Shown: positions 50,445 to 63,878 of the stretch, piece by piece
Numbering within the stretch: position 1 is the stretch's first letter
Layout of the letters: every line of letters begins with the position of its first letter
Source of the DNA: Ginglymostoma cirratum
Lineage: Eukaryota
NCBI GenBank assembly: GCA_024137785.1
Contig: JAHRHZ010000018.1
Coordinates: forward strand, 51,012,289-51,076,288
Direction of reading: 5' to 3'
DNA: 64,000 bases
The notes under the pieces: generated by a model
Told to the model about the DNA's origin: nothing
The model's input: only the letters and a program-made list of their open reading frames with translations
Databases searched by the model: none
Program-made: the position numbers and the translations under genes

Positions 50445-53400
50445 AGGACTATGCTTGGACTGGGTGTGGGACATCTGTGCTGTGGTGATTGGGCCTACTG
50501 TGCTTATGTCAGCTTTGGGGACATTGAGATTGGGTTTGGGACAGCCAACTGTGCTCAGACCAGGGCTAGGGATATAATGTCTGGGTCAGAGCACAGTACT
50601 GCTGTGCACAGGTTTGGGGGCAGGGCCACTCTGATTAGTTCTGTGGAAGGGTCACCTTTGTTTTATATTAATAGAGGCATTTTGTCAGTTAAATATTCTG
50701 TCATGTGACTGCAGCAGTGAATAACTGTCAAAGGCCAATTTCATCAAGGTAAGAATGAGAATTGAAAATTGAGACTTTCATTCTGAGATGAATTGTACAA
50801 ATATAATACCTTTTTTATCTTAAAATACCTTGTGGCTCTCAAGCTCTAAGCTTTTAGCAGAGTTTTAGGCATAAAGTTGATCTCATTCTCTATATCTCTG
50901 AACGTCAGTTTGAACAAATTTGTCTAGTTTTATACGGCCCATGTTGTATGGCAATACTTTAAGCATCAGCAAATGCCTAACCCTCAGATTTTTAACCTAA
51001 ATATACAAAGATGATTGTTGCTGGACACCAGGGGTGGTTTGCTGGGATATGACGAGAACAAGTGTCACTAATTTTTCGGGATGACACCCTGATTAGCTCT
51101 CACATATTAAAAAAAAACACAGTTCCTGGGGATGTTATAAATCCTATACTTTTTTCAAAAGCTGTGTAATAATTTAAGTGAGAGGAAAGGAGAACACAGT
51201 CTTCAATGGAAGGAATGCATGTCATTTCCAGCCTCGGCCAAGATTTCCTTTCAGAATAGGAAAGTGTGGATTTCTGAAACTTTCTACGTTAAACCATAAA
51301 GTTGTTCCCTGTCTCTTATTGAATATGCTCAAAAGGAACTTCTAAGGATAGATACTTTCAGTCATTAATGCTATAAAATTATATCTATAAATTTTATTCC
51401 AGAAGATTCTATGAAACCCCTAAGGACTTTCTCAGCTATTTCTCAACTCAACTTTTTCGCCTTTCATCTGGACTTGAATATGATCCAGACTGAAGGGAAC
51501 ATGATTTGTCCTCACAGCTTCCAATGTTTCTTTTTACATGGAAAATAGAAATATTCACTTTCCATTGGAAGGAATAAATCTCAAACAGATTTTCCAGAAT
51601 TGTTGGGTTTGGAACTTGCTACTTTTCAGAATATAATCTTCTTAGTGGCAATGAAAATTCAGCAGCCAATCACAATGAACAATGCAATAATCATCCTTCT
51701 GCATGAGTTAATAAGCCCCGTTTCCAGTATTGATTTTTAAAATTTCAAGTAACCATTTGGTGGAGGAGTTTGCAATTTTATCTGAAAATAACTGAACCAC
51801 GTAAGAAAATACATTTTTAAATGTACATTCAAAATATTCAAAATACATTTTGAATGCCTAAACTTAAAGAAATGACATCACTGCAAAATAGCAGTAACAT
51901 AGTTATAAGTAAAATGGATACTGCTACATTTTATGCCTTGAGCTATGCAGGGATGATATACCAGGTTATGTTGTGTGAGTTCAGAGGGCACTACTGATAA
52001 CCATTGATTGTGTTCTACTTTGTTTCCTCCTTGGGTAACAGCATCATCAAGCAGGCTGAACATCACATCGACTTCTGACAAAGCTGATGTCACAATCTTC
52101 TGGAATGTGCTAGGTGCTGAATTTAATTCACAAGGCTTTCTGTGGCATACCCACCTTTGTGTGTAACAAAAGCTGCAACATATTGATTTTGTTTCACTAG
52201 CGGTGTCTCATGTCGGTTCCACAAAGAGTCTGAGACATTTAATAATAATCATAGTTCCAGAATCATAGGAAGTAGATAGGTATCTGGAATGATAGTTCTG
52301 TTGACCCCTTAAGTTCAACACATAGTCTAAGTTCACTGTTTTTGTGTTGACTAGGTTCAATATCCATGGTCATGAGTTGATTCGCTCAATTAATCTGAGT
52401 TGTTTCAGCTTGCACGGATTTTAAATGGAAATGTATTCAAATCTTGCAAGACTAATAAAATTGATGAATTATTGCAAGGAGCATGACAGTAACCCTTAAT
52501 CTTCCCAAATTGGCTAAATAAGGAAGGATTCTGGCCTATATAATCTGGGCTATTGATCACACAAATATGACACACCAATCAGAAAAGTTTACTCCGTAAG
52601 GTTTCTGATGTTGTGTACATGGAACATGAATCTGTCCAAAGTGATTTTTTTGCACTTTACTGGAACACAAATCATTTCCAAAACTGGAATCATTCAGTCA
52701 TCATAAATTTGAAGAGACTCTATCACAGAAGTGAAGAAAAGGTTAAAAAAAAGTAATAGTAAAATGTAGATGTAGATGTAAAATAGACACATTGGTTCCA
52801 GCATTGAGGAGGTGCCTGTGATTTCAACTAAGCATTCCTTAAAAGTGATTTTGTGCTTTACCTTCTGTGATAATGTACACATTCCATTCCTCATTGTCAG
52901 AAAAGATTCCTCCATATTTGGAACAATGAAATCCTCTTCTTCTTCGACACAATTAGCTCTACAAAGTGATTCCACTTTAAGCAGAGCCAGGAGGGACTAT
53001 TTTAACTTACCTGATGTTAGCCTGTCCTTGAAGGTCAACTGCTGACTTTCTACTTACTGGGATATCCTCAGTGGCATCAGTAGTATATTGTAAGATCTGA
53101 TCATAACCTGCCTGTTGTGGTGGAGTAAACAAAATGTATTCAATGTGGCTACTTACAGCTGTGTTCATGTATGAGTCTCCTAGACCAAAGTTTTACAAAA
53201 AGATGGTGATGAAGCTAGAATGGATATTTTTCATACCACTTATGAGAAATTGAGGGTTGGAGAACTTTGTGATCCACCTTTTCAAACTGTGAAAGCTTAT
53301 TCTTCAGAATTTGATGGATTTGAAAGATTGCTCTGTTTGCAAGCGTCATGTTCATGAGCAGTTCAATGAGACAGAATGGTGTGTTTGAATAAGATAAAGA

Positions 53401-54609
53401 GCATATTCTACGGTCAACAGACAAATCAAACCAAAAAAAAAATGCTGATTGGAGTAATTACAAAATAGGGCTTCGCTTTTGACTAAAAGCAAAATAAAAT
53501 AAGAGATGAAGACAAAGCAAATGTCATCCTTGCCACGATGAGTCCAGATGCTTTTGATATAGTGTCCAATCAGTGTTACCTGAGGGACCCAGTACTATGG
53601 AATACACTGAAATAAATTAGATTATGATGGCCATGGCTAAGAATCACACTGAGATTTGCATCCCATCAAAGGAAATGGTTGCCAAGTGAGAAGGTAGCAG
53701 AATGCATTCTTGACTTAAAGCAATTCTCTTGCCACTGTGGGTGATACGTTGTTAAAAATGATTTAGGAACTGTACATTCATGTGTATCTCTGCAGAAGTA
53801 TCCAGTGTATCATATCACTCACTACTGCATTACAGTTTGTGTGTTGAACTAACAAGGTATCAGTCCACAGCAAGTGGTGAGATCTCAGAAGTGCTAGCAT
53901 TTGAGTCTCAAAATATGGTTCTTTGGTACTTCTGGAAAGCAGAAGTCACAGTAGGTGGCTGCAGTTGTCTGTGAGCAAAAGGCAAGCGTTATAAATGAAA
54001 TAAATTGAGAAAAAAGCAACTCAACTTCATGCCAGATGGGAAGAAATAGCTGAGTGAATAATGCAAAAATTAAATGGCTGCTGCTACAATAATGAGCACA
54101 CTCATCCAACTCAGGTCAGTGATGTCATTACAGGCATTTAAGAATTTTAACTAATAAAAGTTCAAATTGATACTTAGTAATTTTTAATAAAACTCAAATG
54201 AAGAGGAAAGGGCCAGCTCCATCCTTTTGTGGGCAGGAGAGAAAGATTCGGATATTTTAAACACTGGGAGATGAATGAGGATGATAGTAAACACTCAGGC
54301 AGAATTTTGAAACATTTCAGCACCTAGGCCCATTTAAAGTCAAACTATTTGATCCACCGATATGAAATTCTGAGCTTGAAACAACAACCAGCTCACTAAT
54401 TTGTTAGTGAGATTGTAAAATGCAAATGGCACATGTAACTTTAGGGAAATGGTGAAAAGGCTGATAGATCAACTTATTTGGTGGTTTGCACATCCTGAAG
54501 CGCAAAAAAGTATTTTCTTTTATATTCATTCATGGGATAAAAACATCACTGGCTAGTTGGAAAGGATAAGCTCACAATACCAAGCACTGTTGACACTTCC
54601 AGAGTACAC

Positions 54610-54954
54610 GGGGAGGCAATGGCCTCGTGGTATTCCCACTGGACTGTTAATGCAGACACCCAGGCAATGTTCTGGGATCATGAGTTTCAATCCTACCACA
54701 GTAAATGATGGAAATTTAATTCAATAAAAATCTGAAATTAGAAGTCTAATGACAACCATTGTCAATTGTTGGGAAAACCCATCTGGTTCACTATTGTCTT
54801 TAAGAGAAGGAAACGGCCAGCCTTACCTGGTCTGGCCTACATGTGACTCCAGACCCAAAGCAATGTAGTTGACTCTTATCTGTCCTTTGGGAAATTAGGG
54901 ATGGGCAATAAATGCTGGCCTTGCCAGTGATGCCTTCATTCTGTGAATGAATAA
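54610..54954 (+). mobile_element. Full-length tRNA-derived SINE (family B)
   Basis: A-box-like TGGCCTCGTGG, B-box-like GTTTCAATCC, and tail 'aattagggatgggcaataaatgctggcc...gaatgaataa'. Confidence 0.85.
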
Positions 54955-55964
54955 CCCATGAGTGGGCAAATGAACTCACTGGCTAAACAAATGGCTATCC
55001 TTTAGTTAAATCAAAAGAAAGGTATTAAGGTTGATGCAATGAAACAGGAACAATAAAATGCACACCAGACAGAGAGGAAGATGTCCAAAGAGCTTTGGAA
55101 AATGATGTGAATCCACAATCAGAAGGAAATGTTCTGGACATGAAGATTACAGAACTTGTGGAATGCTCAGTCACTGGAAAAGAATGAGCAGAACAAAGAA
55201 AGAAAATGGCAAAGCACCAAAGAGAACAAATACGAAAAGTCACCAAAACATCCATACCCTGGAAGATGGTGATATTTTTGAGGACACAGTAGAGATTGGG
55301 TTGATTTTTTTCAGAAATCAGCTAATCTTAGTAAGTTTCATGAAGGGTTTTCCTCTGTGACCATTCACAAACATGTCTCATTCATATGCACCATGTTGCT
55401 ATGGTGCACTGCTTGTCATAGTCTCCTCCTACAGGCAGAAACACTGGACACTGCCAGGACCTCCTAGCTTCAGCATCATCATTGAAGCCTGGCATGCATT
55501 TGGTCAAGTGGTGGCAGTCTGCAGTTGCGCTGCACTGTTCTTGACAATTGCCGCAGACATGTTAGCAAGCCAAGAAATTGGCACCTCGCTTTGGTGAGCA
55601 GGCCCTGGTGGATGGGAGATGCATGCATGCACTGTCCATGAGCGTACCTTAGGATGTTGGTACAGGAAGTCCAAGATTGGGGCACTGTGATAGAGGAGGA
55701 AACAGTGAGCTGGTGTTGCTACGTAACCACCCTGACTTTCATGTTGGGAATTGCAGCAGTCTACTTTCTATCCAGCGCCTGGGAGAACTGTAATAACGAC
55801 ATGTTAATATGTGTTAATATATACAGATAGCCCTCTTGCTTCTCACTAGCAGGAATCTCTCTTCAACATTGAAGTGTGAAGGGAGTTTTTACTCTTAATG
55901 TAGACTATCTCCTCACCGCAATTCTGCTAATTTTCTTCCCAATGCCCACAGTGATTGGGAAGAT

Positions 55965-58265
55965 CCCATTCAGAGGAACTATACCAGGGTGTGAACTGTC
56001 TGAATGGGACAGTTGCCAGAGAAAAGAAATTCACAAAACCATTTAGATAAGGAAAAAGGCGTGAAAAAGGTCAGCACCCATAACATCGTCCTGCTCATAT
56101 TATACCAGAAAACCCAAAAGAAATGTTGTTACCTAAAGATGCTCTAAAACCAGGCAAAGTCTTGCTAATGGCACTGAGATTCAACAGCCATGAATGATCT
56201 AAGTCAGAGGGAAACATAAAGGAAAATGCATGAACGACATGTTCTAAGTCATTAAAACATGAGATTCCGAGTTGAAGAAGCATCACTGAGTTGGTGTACC
56301 CAATGAAAAGTTTCCATCGATCAGAAGCAGGGAAGGCCTGGTGCAAATATATCCAAAGTATTTTAATCAGATAATTTGATAGTTTGAAGGCTTTGAGCAT
56401 CTCATCACTATTGCTCCAGAGAAGGAAGCTGTGGATCATCCCCAATGTAGCGAACAGAAAGAAAGGCTTAAAGCAGAGCTCCAAGAGATGGGAAAAAAAA
56501 CGAGAAAGTGATTGGCAGAGTCACAGATCCTACAGATTGACTGAATTCCATTGCAATGAGAGAGAAATCAAATGAACAGCAAGTCCAAAAATCCTAATCA
56601 AGCATTCAAGAGAAATCAGAACTCCATTCAGATATTGAAAGATATCATGCCAGCATCGGTAAGGGCAAAGGGCTTCAGTAAATCTAATACCTGAAATGGC
56701 TACTGAAGTGTGAAGCTTGAAGAGGAATCTCCAATGTTGAAAAAACTCAACATGCCCTTTAGACAGTACAAATTCTTGCATCTACTTTTCAGCTTTCAGC
56801 CTCCAGCCCAAAGCGGATAAAAGTATCACTGTAAGGGATACAAATGAATAGTTTGCAAAATCAATGATATCCAAATCTGTGTTTGTAGATGAAACAATCA
56901 TGACTGAAGTCACGGGAGAGCCAAGAAAGCTGGGACCAATCTAAATGTAGTGAAGTGGATTGTGAAGATGACAGAATGCCACTTCTTTGGGATAGTGGAA
57001 ATATATGAAAAAAAGGCAAGTTCAGTCCTGATAAATGGCACAACTTATTTCCGAAATGAACGTTTCAAGAAACAAGAAAGAGGTGAGAAGCTTCCTTGGC
57101 TTGATCTGGTTCCTGAGTCATACCTCATATGTCAGAACAGACAGCAAACCTATGAGGACTGATGAGAGAAGGTGTTGATTGCCAATCACTGGAATAGCAT
57201 GAGAGGAGATTCCGCAACTCAAAATTAGCACACAGGGTGACAAAACTGCCATACTACAATAGAAAGGAACTTCATAAGTAAGTAAAAAGAAAGATTTGTG
57301 AATGCTAGAAGTCTGAAACACAAATAGAAACTCAGCAAGAATGGCAGCATCTGTAGAGAGAGTTGCAGAATCAATGTCTCAGGTTCATTGACTCTTCATC
57401 AGAACTGAAAATCACTGAGGAAGGGTGGTATTTATATTGACGATGGGAGTAGGGTTGAGGGGGAGAGAGGTTAGAGTACTTGGAGACAGTGGCCAGAGAG
57501 AATGTGAAAAGAAAGGGGTAGGCAAACAAAGAGATTACTGGAGATATTTCCTTCCAACAAGCCCCTAGGTCCTGTTGTTTGTGGGTTGCTCTCAGCACAT
57601 TCAACCTATTTTGAACCATTTACGCTTCTCTTTAGCAGCCTCCTAGCTGTTATCTTTCTCTCGGCTTATTTTAGGGAATCTCTTAGTTTGCCTCTCCCTT
57701 TTTTCTCTCTCTCTCTGAACCGTGTGCGTTCAGCATTGTCACCTCATTATCGCATTATCCAAGGGGATATGGTTTTATAGAAAGACACATCCAGTCAAGA
57801 GAAGCCTCGCGAACTGCCAAGAGATAATGGAGAATGTAAACTTTGCCTACTTGTCACCCCAAAACACTCCTCTCTCGGCTGGCATGAAATCATCTGCAGA
57901 GTTATCCAATGGCAGAAATCACAAGACAGGTTTTCCAAGTGAAATACATCTTCCAGATAACCAGAAGGCAATAAGACAGCAACTCTCTGACGCACATACA
58001 GAACGAGGTCAACACAGTAAGCAGTGTGCCAACTCCAGCCCGAATTGTTCAGAGAACAAGCTACATATGTAAAGGATCCAGTCGTGAATACCAGGATTGG
58101 AGCAAAATTTGTTCATGAACTTGAGACACCCAAGGTCATGCATTATCAAGTTTGACAGAAGCAAAGGAGAAGAACAAGACTCCATATCTGATCTACTCCT
58201 GAGCTGGAAAAAGTAGAAAGGGCAATTTGAAATACCAGCATATATTACCAAAATGAGGGCTAACA
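55965..58265 (+). mobile_element. Decayed Ty3/Gypsy pol (protease, RT, integrase), interrupted
   Basis: ERLKAELQEM, VIGRVTDPTD*LNSIAMREK, RAKKAGTNLNVVKWIVKMTECHFFG, NKKEVRSFLGL; after the PLE insert, IVTSLSHYPRGYGFIERHIQ and TPLSAGMKSSAELSNGR. A gag-like remnant is possible at about 54990-55295. Confidence 0.85.
57290..57718 (-). mobile_element. Penelope pLTR/UTR fragment with partial inverted copy, nested in Gypsy
   Basis: Minus strand CUGAUGA...GAGACAUU...cagatgctgcc; 'aaaggggtaggcaaacaaagagatt' is inverted as 'aatctcttagtttgcctctcccttt'. Confidence 0.7.
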
Positions 58266-59439
58266 TCATCAACATCACCAGCACTCACTTTACAGGGCTC
58301 ACCAGCAACCAGTGAAAGGTTGCAGTAGAAACAGGCAACCACTTCTAGGAATGGACCAGGCAGCATTTTTAAAGCTGCTCCCATAGCATTCACTCATTTA
58401 GTGCCTTTCTGTATGTTCACACCATACATGCCTGTTAGTGAGTTGGCGCTTCATCCAGAGCCCAAGGCCAACAGCAATGCTGGATTGATGTGCTGTTTGG
58501 TGCAGAAAGGGGTTTGTCCAGACATGGTGAACATCTTGAGCTGTGTCACACCAAACCTCAATTTAATACCTACAGCATGTGACAATTTCCTGCACATAAA
58601 CACACTGTACCTTTATTCATCCAAATGAGGACTAGTCTTCAGTTCAGTCAAGGAGGGTCCTAATGCCATCAGTCATGGACACAGTCCACATACAGCCCAG
58701 GAGCTTGAAAGTTCATGGTCAGGGGACTGTCCCAGTACAGTCCAGGAATTGGGCAACTGTCAGTCCTGTGGGGTAAACAGAATCAGTCAGGTTTTTGTGT
58801 ACCATCACTCAGGAAGCTACAAAAACAATGGTTAGGGTCTGGTCAGTCATGTGTAGGGGCAGCTTATGGAAGCCATCAGAGTTCTGGGACGAATGATGTC
58901 CTAGAGGACCATCTGTCAATTGTCATGGTCCAAATGTGGCCTGTAGGGGCAGCAGGGGAGCAGTTAGGGCAAGAGAATGATGTTGTATATGCAAAGGAGT
59001 ATCTGCCATGTGAGCTATGTTCTGTGAACAGCGTGGCTTCATGTCTGGTGTGCCATAATGTTTCCATGAGGCGCAACACTGGATTGCTGACGTCTGCCCG
59101 GGTGCACAGTTGCCTTTGAAAGATAGCTTGGGTACAAGGGATACTGTTTCATTGGCAAATATCACTGAGTGTTGAATTGTTCTGGGATCAGTATGTGGTA
59201 AGGTATGGCTAGAATCAGGCTTGAAGGATACTACAGGGATGGGGTGGATAGTGTTGTCACTTTGGCTAAAGGTATGGTGGGAAAACTCATTAGGTCCCAA
59301 GATTGAAATCCCTTCAAAAAGCTCATGCAACTCAGATTTAGCCAAAAATGGCCTAATATATAAAACAATTGCTATATTATTGGGACATCTTTTTAAAAAA
59401 ATGGGAGATGTAAGAATGTTATATCATTCTATCTTTTAA

Positions 59440-59870
59440 ACGTCATTCATAAATGGGAAATGAGTGTTGTGGCTAGGCCAGGACTTATTACCCATTCCTA
59501 ATTGCCTTTGAGAAGATGGTGGTTTTTGAATGGTCAGTCCATGTGCTGTAGGTACAGCTACTGTACTGTTAGAAAAGGAGCTCCTTGATTTTGATCCAGC
59601 TACAGTGAAGGAATGGGATCCTGCAGTTGGTGGTGTTTGCACACACCTGCCATTCTTGTACTTAAACATGATAGAGGTTGTGGGTTTGAAAGGTGCTGTC
59701 AAGGGAACTTCGGTGAGTTGCTGTCGTGCATCTTGTTGGTGGTTGACAGCTGCTGCCACTGTACATCAGTGACGAAGGGAAGTGAATGTTTCTTCAGATG
59801 GTGGATGGGATTCCAGCCAAATGGGCTGTTTTGTACTGGCTAATGTCAAACATCTTTAGTGTTGTTGTAG
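59440..59870 (-). mobile_element. CR1-group LINE 3' fragment
   Basis: Homologous to 27800-28410 and 18045-18273. Confidence 0.75.
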
Positions 59871-60099
59871 CATTTTGCCAGAATAGCTCAATGCCTCATG
59901 CACAGTTAAAAACAATAAATAAAGATGTAAAAAGAACAAGACAGTTCAGAAGGTGAATAGCAGTGATGGTAGTCCAGAAGATGAGTCAGTTCAGATTTGT
60001 AGAGATAAACAAATGATAAATAAGGAGATTGAGGAGAATACTTAGCCATATTTTAAAAGTGAGATTCCTTTTAAAGGTGAGATTCCTAATTTAGTCAAT

Positions 60100-61250
60100 G
60101 GTTAGGTTTTAAGTAAGATAGTTCTCTCAAATGCATACTTGCAATGAGAATAAACTGACAAGAACAAGGAATTTCTTGCTAATCATACTCACAAATGGTT
60201 GCATTAATACAAAATTTGGGTGTGTTCTGTTTACAGTGTTCCAGAGTCTCATGGATCAGGTACTAATTGGAATGAAAGGAGCTTGCTGTTTCAGTGATGA
60301 CATTCTTACTCGCAGTAAGATAGAAGAAGGGCACATTATAAGGCTGAACAACATCTTACATTGACTTCAAGAATGTGACATCAATGAAGAAAAGCACAAG
60401 GGTTACTTAATGGTGTCAGGTATAACATAGTTGGGTCAACAAATAGTTGGCAAATGTATTCACCCAAACGAGGAGAAAGTTGAGGAGATTTTGAAAAAAA
60501 CAGACCAGAATGAACTTTGAAAATTCATCGTGATTGTTGTGCATTATTTCAAATTCAACGTCTGTTTAGCTAGTAAATTCACATCGCTGTATTGACTGCG
60601 CAAAGATGGAATAGATTAGAAGTGGTCTGGGAAGGCATTTGAAGACATACTTATTAGTGATGTTATTTTGGCTCAAGAAACCAAGAAAAAAACTTGTTTC
60701 AGTATGTGACACCTCACCATAACAGTCAGGGATGGTGTTAGATCATATAATGAATGACAGTGTGGAGAATATTGCAGCTTTTTCTTGATATAGATTAACA
60801 GAGTCAGAATGAAGTTCCTCACAAGGTGTTAGTGATCAGGAATAATATTGCAAGTTTCTCAAGTATCTGTGCAGTAAGAAGTTCACTTTGTTAACCTACC
60901 ACCAAGCCCTTATGATCATTTTTAGATCACAGAAAGGTATAACATCCCTAGTGTCAGCACAGCTTCAGAGATGAGCACTGATTTTGACATTTCATCAGGG
61001 CAATGTTAAATATTATAAGTCAGCTGATCTTGCAAATGCACAATTTTTTTCCAAATTTCCCAGGATGACTGGGTCATTCTTAGTCTCTGAGTTACCTGTG
61101 AATTACGCTGCATGCCAGCATCTGACAGAGAAGTTAGTGAAGAGACTGACGTGGTGCTTAGTGAAGTACTCACTTATATCATAAATGGCTGACCTAAGCA
61201 GATAATGACAAGAAACTACAAGATTATTTCACACATAGAAATGAACTCTG
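60100..61250 (+). mobile_element. Second decayed Ty3/Gypsy pol fragment (RT-RNase H)
   Basis: VFQSLMDQVLIGMKGACCFSDDIL (YxDD site), HPNEEKVE, VCDTSP, KKFTLLTYHQALMIIF...QLQR*ALIL, LSEVLTYIING*P. Confidence 0.88.
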
Positions 61251-62537
61251 TGGCAGTTTGGGGCTATCACTTTTAATATACTGACAGCAGTTGCTGTTCT
61301 GTGCTGTCCCTATTTTTGCTTTTGTTTTAATTAGATCAATAGATCCCAGAGCAGTAACAATGCAGGTTAAGACGTATATTTTTGTACTTCACTTGGGCAG
61401 TGCTCAAAGGGGGAAATTAAGAACGAGGATCAGAAAGCCCTTACAGAAGCCACTGTATTGGCCTTCAGGTCATTCCAATGTTAACAAAATCCAGGAGGTC
61501 CTATTAGCTGTATGCATATCCTCACTACTGGACTTTACTTTCTGCTCACCACCCAAGCAACACTTAACAATGAGGTGGTAAAGACAAACATTACTTCACA
61601 ATGTCACTGTGACCTAAAGTCATTATTTGCAAACACATCTCACACCCTCCTTCACTTCCATCAGATATCCCCCTTGGCCCTGCTTTAGATTTGTAGGGTT
61701 TACATCCTATCAAACCATCAGAATTTCAGGGTTATATAGCTGATGTCTCCAATGGCAACATGAAAGATCCAGATGCATAAAAGTTGAGAACCGTAGTGAT
61801 CTTGACAGTTTCAAACAGTGGTCCCTATGGTTGGAGGTCAAATTCTAGGAGTTAGCTTAAGTCTGTCACTGTCTCCCTATTGTAATGAGCCTTTGACCTT
61901 GTAAAGTAGGTGCGCCCCTGCCTGTAGATAGGGTTTGTTTGTAAAGGCTGATAAGGCCAGTTCCCTTGTGATTTCCTCCAACCTGCCTCGCATCCCTACT
62001 TTCATCCACTTTTTTCTTCAAAAAAAAATTCTCCTGGAAACACCAATCTCCCAAAGTACTGTTGCAGTAGCTAGGAATTTGACAGGCAAAATTCTGTGGC
62101 AATATATAAAACAAAAATTTGTGCTGAAAGAATCACGCAACACTAAGCTCAAATAAAATGTCACTTTCTGAGCTTCTTTTCAAAAGACAGACATCCATTT
62201 TAAATGACAATTTCCAAAGAATCTCTGAACACAATACATACCTATGGGGATGGAACGTTCTGTTTGGATCATTCAGAGATATAAATATCAAAATGAAGCT
62301 CTTCTCTGTTTTTACTACAACCTTTAGTTTTTAAAGGCCAAAACTCCCAATCCACCCCACCTCCGTTTGTGATAGTGCTTATAAATTAAGTGCACTTCAT
62401 TTATTCTTTTGGTAAAATATTAGTTGCATTGATCTTATGATAATTTCTGCTATTTTGATCTGGAGCCAAAAAAAATTGTAACTCCCTAAATTCTGTCACC
62501 ACTTGCATCACCATTGCACCCTTCAGCACTATCCCCA

Positions 62538-62686
62538 CTGGGCTAGAAGAGGTTAGTAAGGATAAAGCGAGCAGGCAGACACATTCTGGGCAAGAAGAGG
62601 TTAGTAAGGATGAAGCGAGCAGGCAGACACATTCTGGGCTAGAAGAGGTTAGTAAGGATAAAGCTAGCAGGCAGACACATTCTGGG
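62538..62686. repeat. 48-bp minisatellite, 3 copies
   Basis: Unit ctgggctagaagaggttagtaaggataaagcgagcaggcagacacatt at 62538, 62586 and 62634, with 1-2 substitutions in the later copies. Confidence 0.95.
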
Positions 62687-63321
62687 TGTCTGTTGATCCT
62701 GAGTGACTGTCCACCAGAATTGTGCCCAAAAATCAACATAAAGGTTAGTGGAAAAATCACAGTAAGTAAAGTAGTTGATTTTCCTTTCCATTACAAGCAG
62801 TTTTGCTACACAATAGAGCCTGTGTAACTGAAACAGCTCTGTGGGAACTAATTTCTGCCCTCTGTGGAACAAATGTCATAGCATTTTCCCCAGCTTATCA
62901 ATATTTCTGTCAGCTGTGAGACCCAGTAGTTCTGTTGGTTTAATGTGGAGGCTGAGATGGAGACATATAAAGCATGCTGAGAATTTAACTTGAATCTTTA
63001 AATACTGGTGAATTTAACCTGAAACTGAGCTACTGTAATGCTGAAAGAGCTGATTTTTACTGTTGACAGTTGCCTCTGTGAATTTCCTAATTCAGTGACC
63101 TTCCTACCCTACATTTCTGAGACATAGCATAGCTTATACGGGAAGTACAAGAAATCAAACAAACCAAGCCTAAAAGATTTTAAATTAGTTCCACAGTTAC
63201 TTGAATAGGCAACATTTTAGCAAAGTTCAGCCCTGTCTTGATAAGTTGAATTGAATTTGATTATATTTCCAAAGATGCAACTTGGGCTTGATACCTTTTT
63301 GATCGAAATAGCAAAACAAAC

Positions 63322-63878
63322 CCATATATTTAATACAATGCCTTTCTTGACCCAAAATGATTTACAGTCAATGAAGTACTTTTGGAGTATAATTTTTTTG
63401 TGATATAGGAAACCTGGCAGCCAATATTCACACAGCAGATTAACCCAGCAGATGTTAATGACCAGATCATCTGTTTTTTGTGATGTTAGTTGAGGGATAA
63501 TTATTAGACAGGACATCCACCTAAGGGGCAAATTTTCCATGCAGAGGGTGGTGCATGTATGGAATAAGCTGCCAGAGGAAGTGGTGGAGGCTGATATTAT
63601 TATGACATTTAAAAGGCATCTGGATGGGTACATGAATTGAAAGGGTTTAGAGGAATATAGGACCAAACCAATGCAAATGGGATTGAATTAATTAAGGATA
63701 TCTGTTCGGCATGGACAAGTTGGACTGCAGGGTCTGTTTCCATACTGTACAACTCTAATACCATGCTTATGACTCCACGACACTATCCCAGTGCTGCATT
63801 AGAGTGTAAGCTTTGACTTTTGTGCTCAAGCCTTATTTTGGAATTTGAACCAGAACCCTGTGACTCACAGCACTGCCA
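63322..63878 (-). mobile_element. Deu-domain SINE split by a CR1 insertion
   Basis: 63322-63515 is homologous to 39477-39690; the tRNA-like head resumes at about 63770-63878. Confidence 0.65.
63520..63765 (+). mobile_element. CR1 3' end
   Basis: QRVVHVWNKLPEEVVEADIIMTFKRHLDGYMN plus 3' UTR; same subfamily as 48449-49252. Confidence 0.9.

Noticed and set aside
51826-51856. 10-bp inverted repeat, and similar small hairpins near 4213, 52313 and 55385, as miRNA precursors or terminators
   Set aside because: Stems are too short or AT-rich for pre-miRNAs, and intrinsic terminators are not relevant in vertebrate DNA.
52862-53111. Two in-frame minus-strand exons joined across 52959-53010
   Set aside because: The implied intron is only 52 nt, below the usual vertebrate minimum, and the peptide is unrecognised.
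58270-59345. GC-richer block with 134- and 140-aa ORFs
   Set aside because: Probably a decayed TE, with a weak hint of a minus-strand Gypsy 3' region; no motif is solid enough to call.
62538-62686. CRISPR array or repeat-protein gene
   Set aside because: The units are directly adjacent with no unique spacers, there are no cas genes, and the context is eukaryotic.
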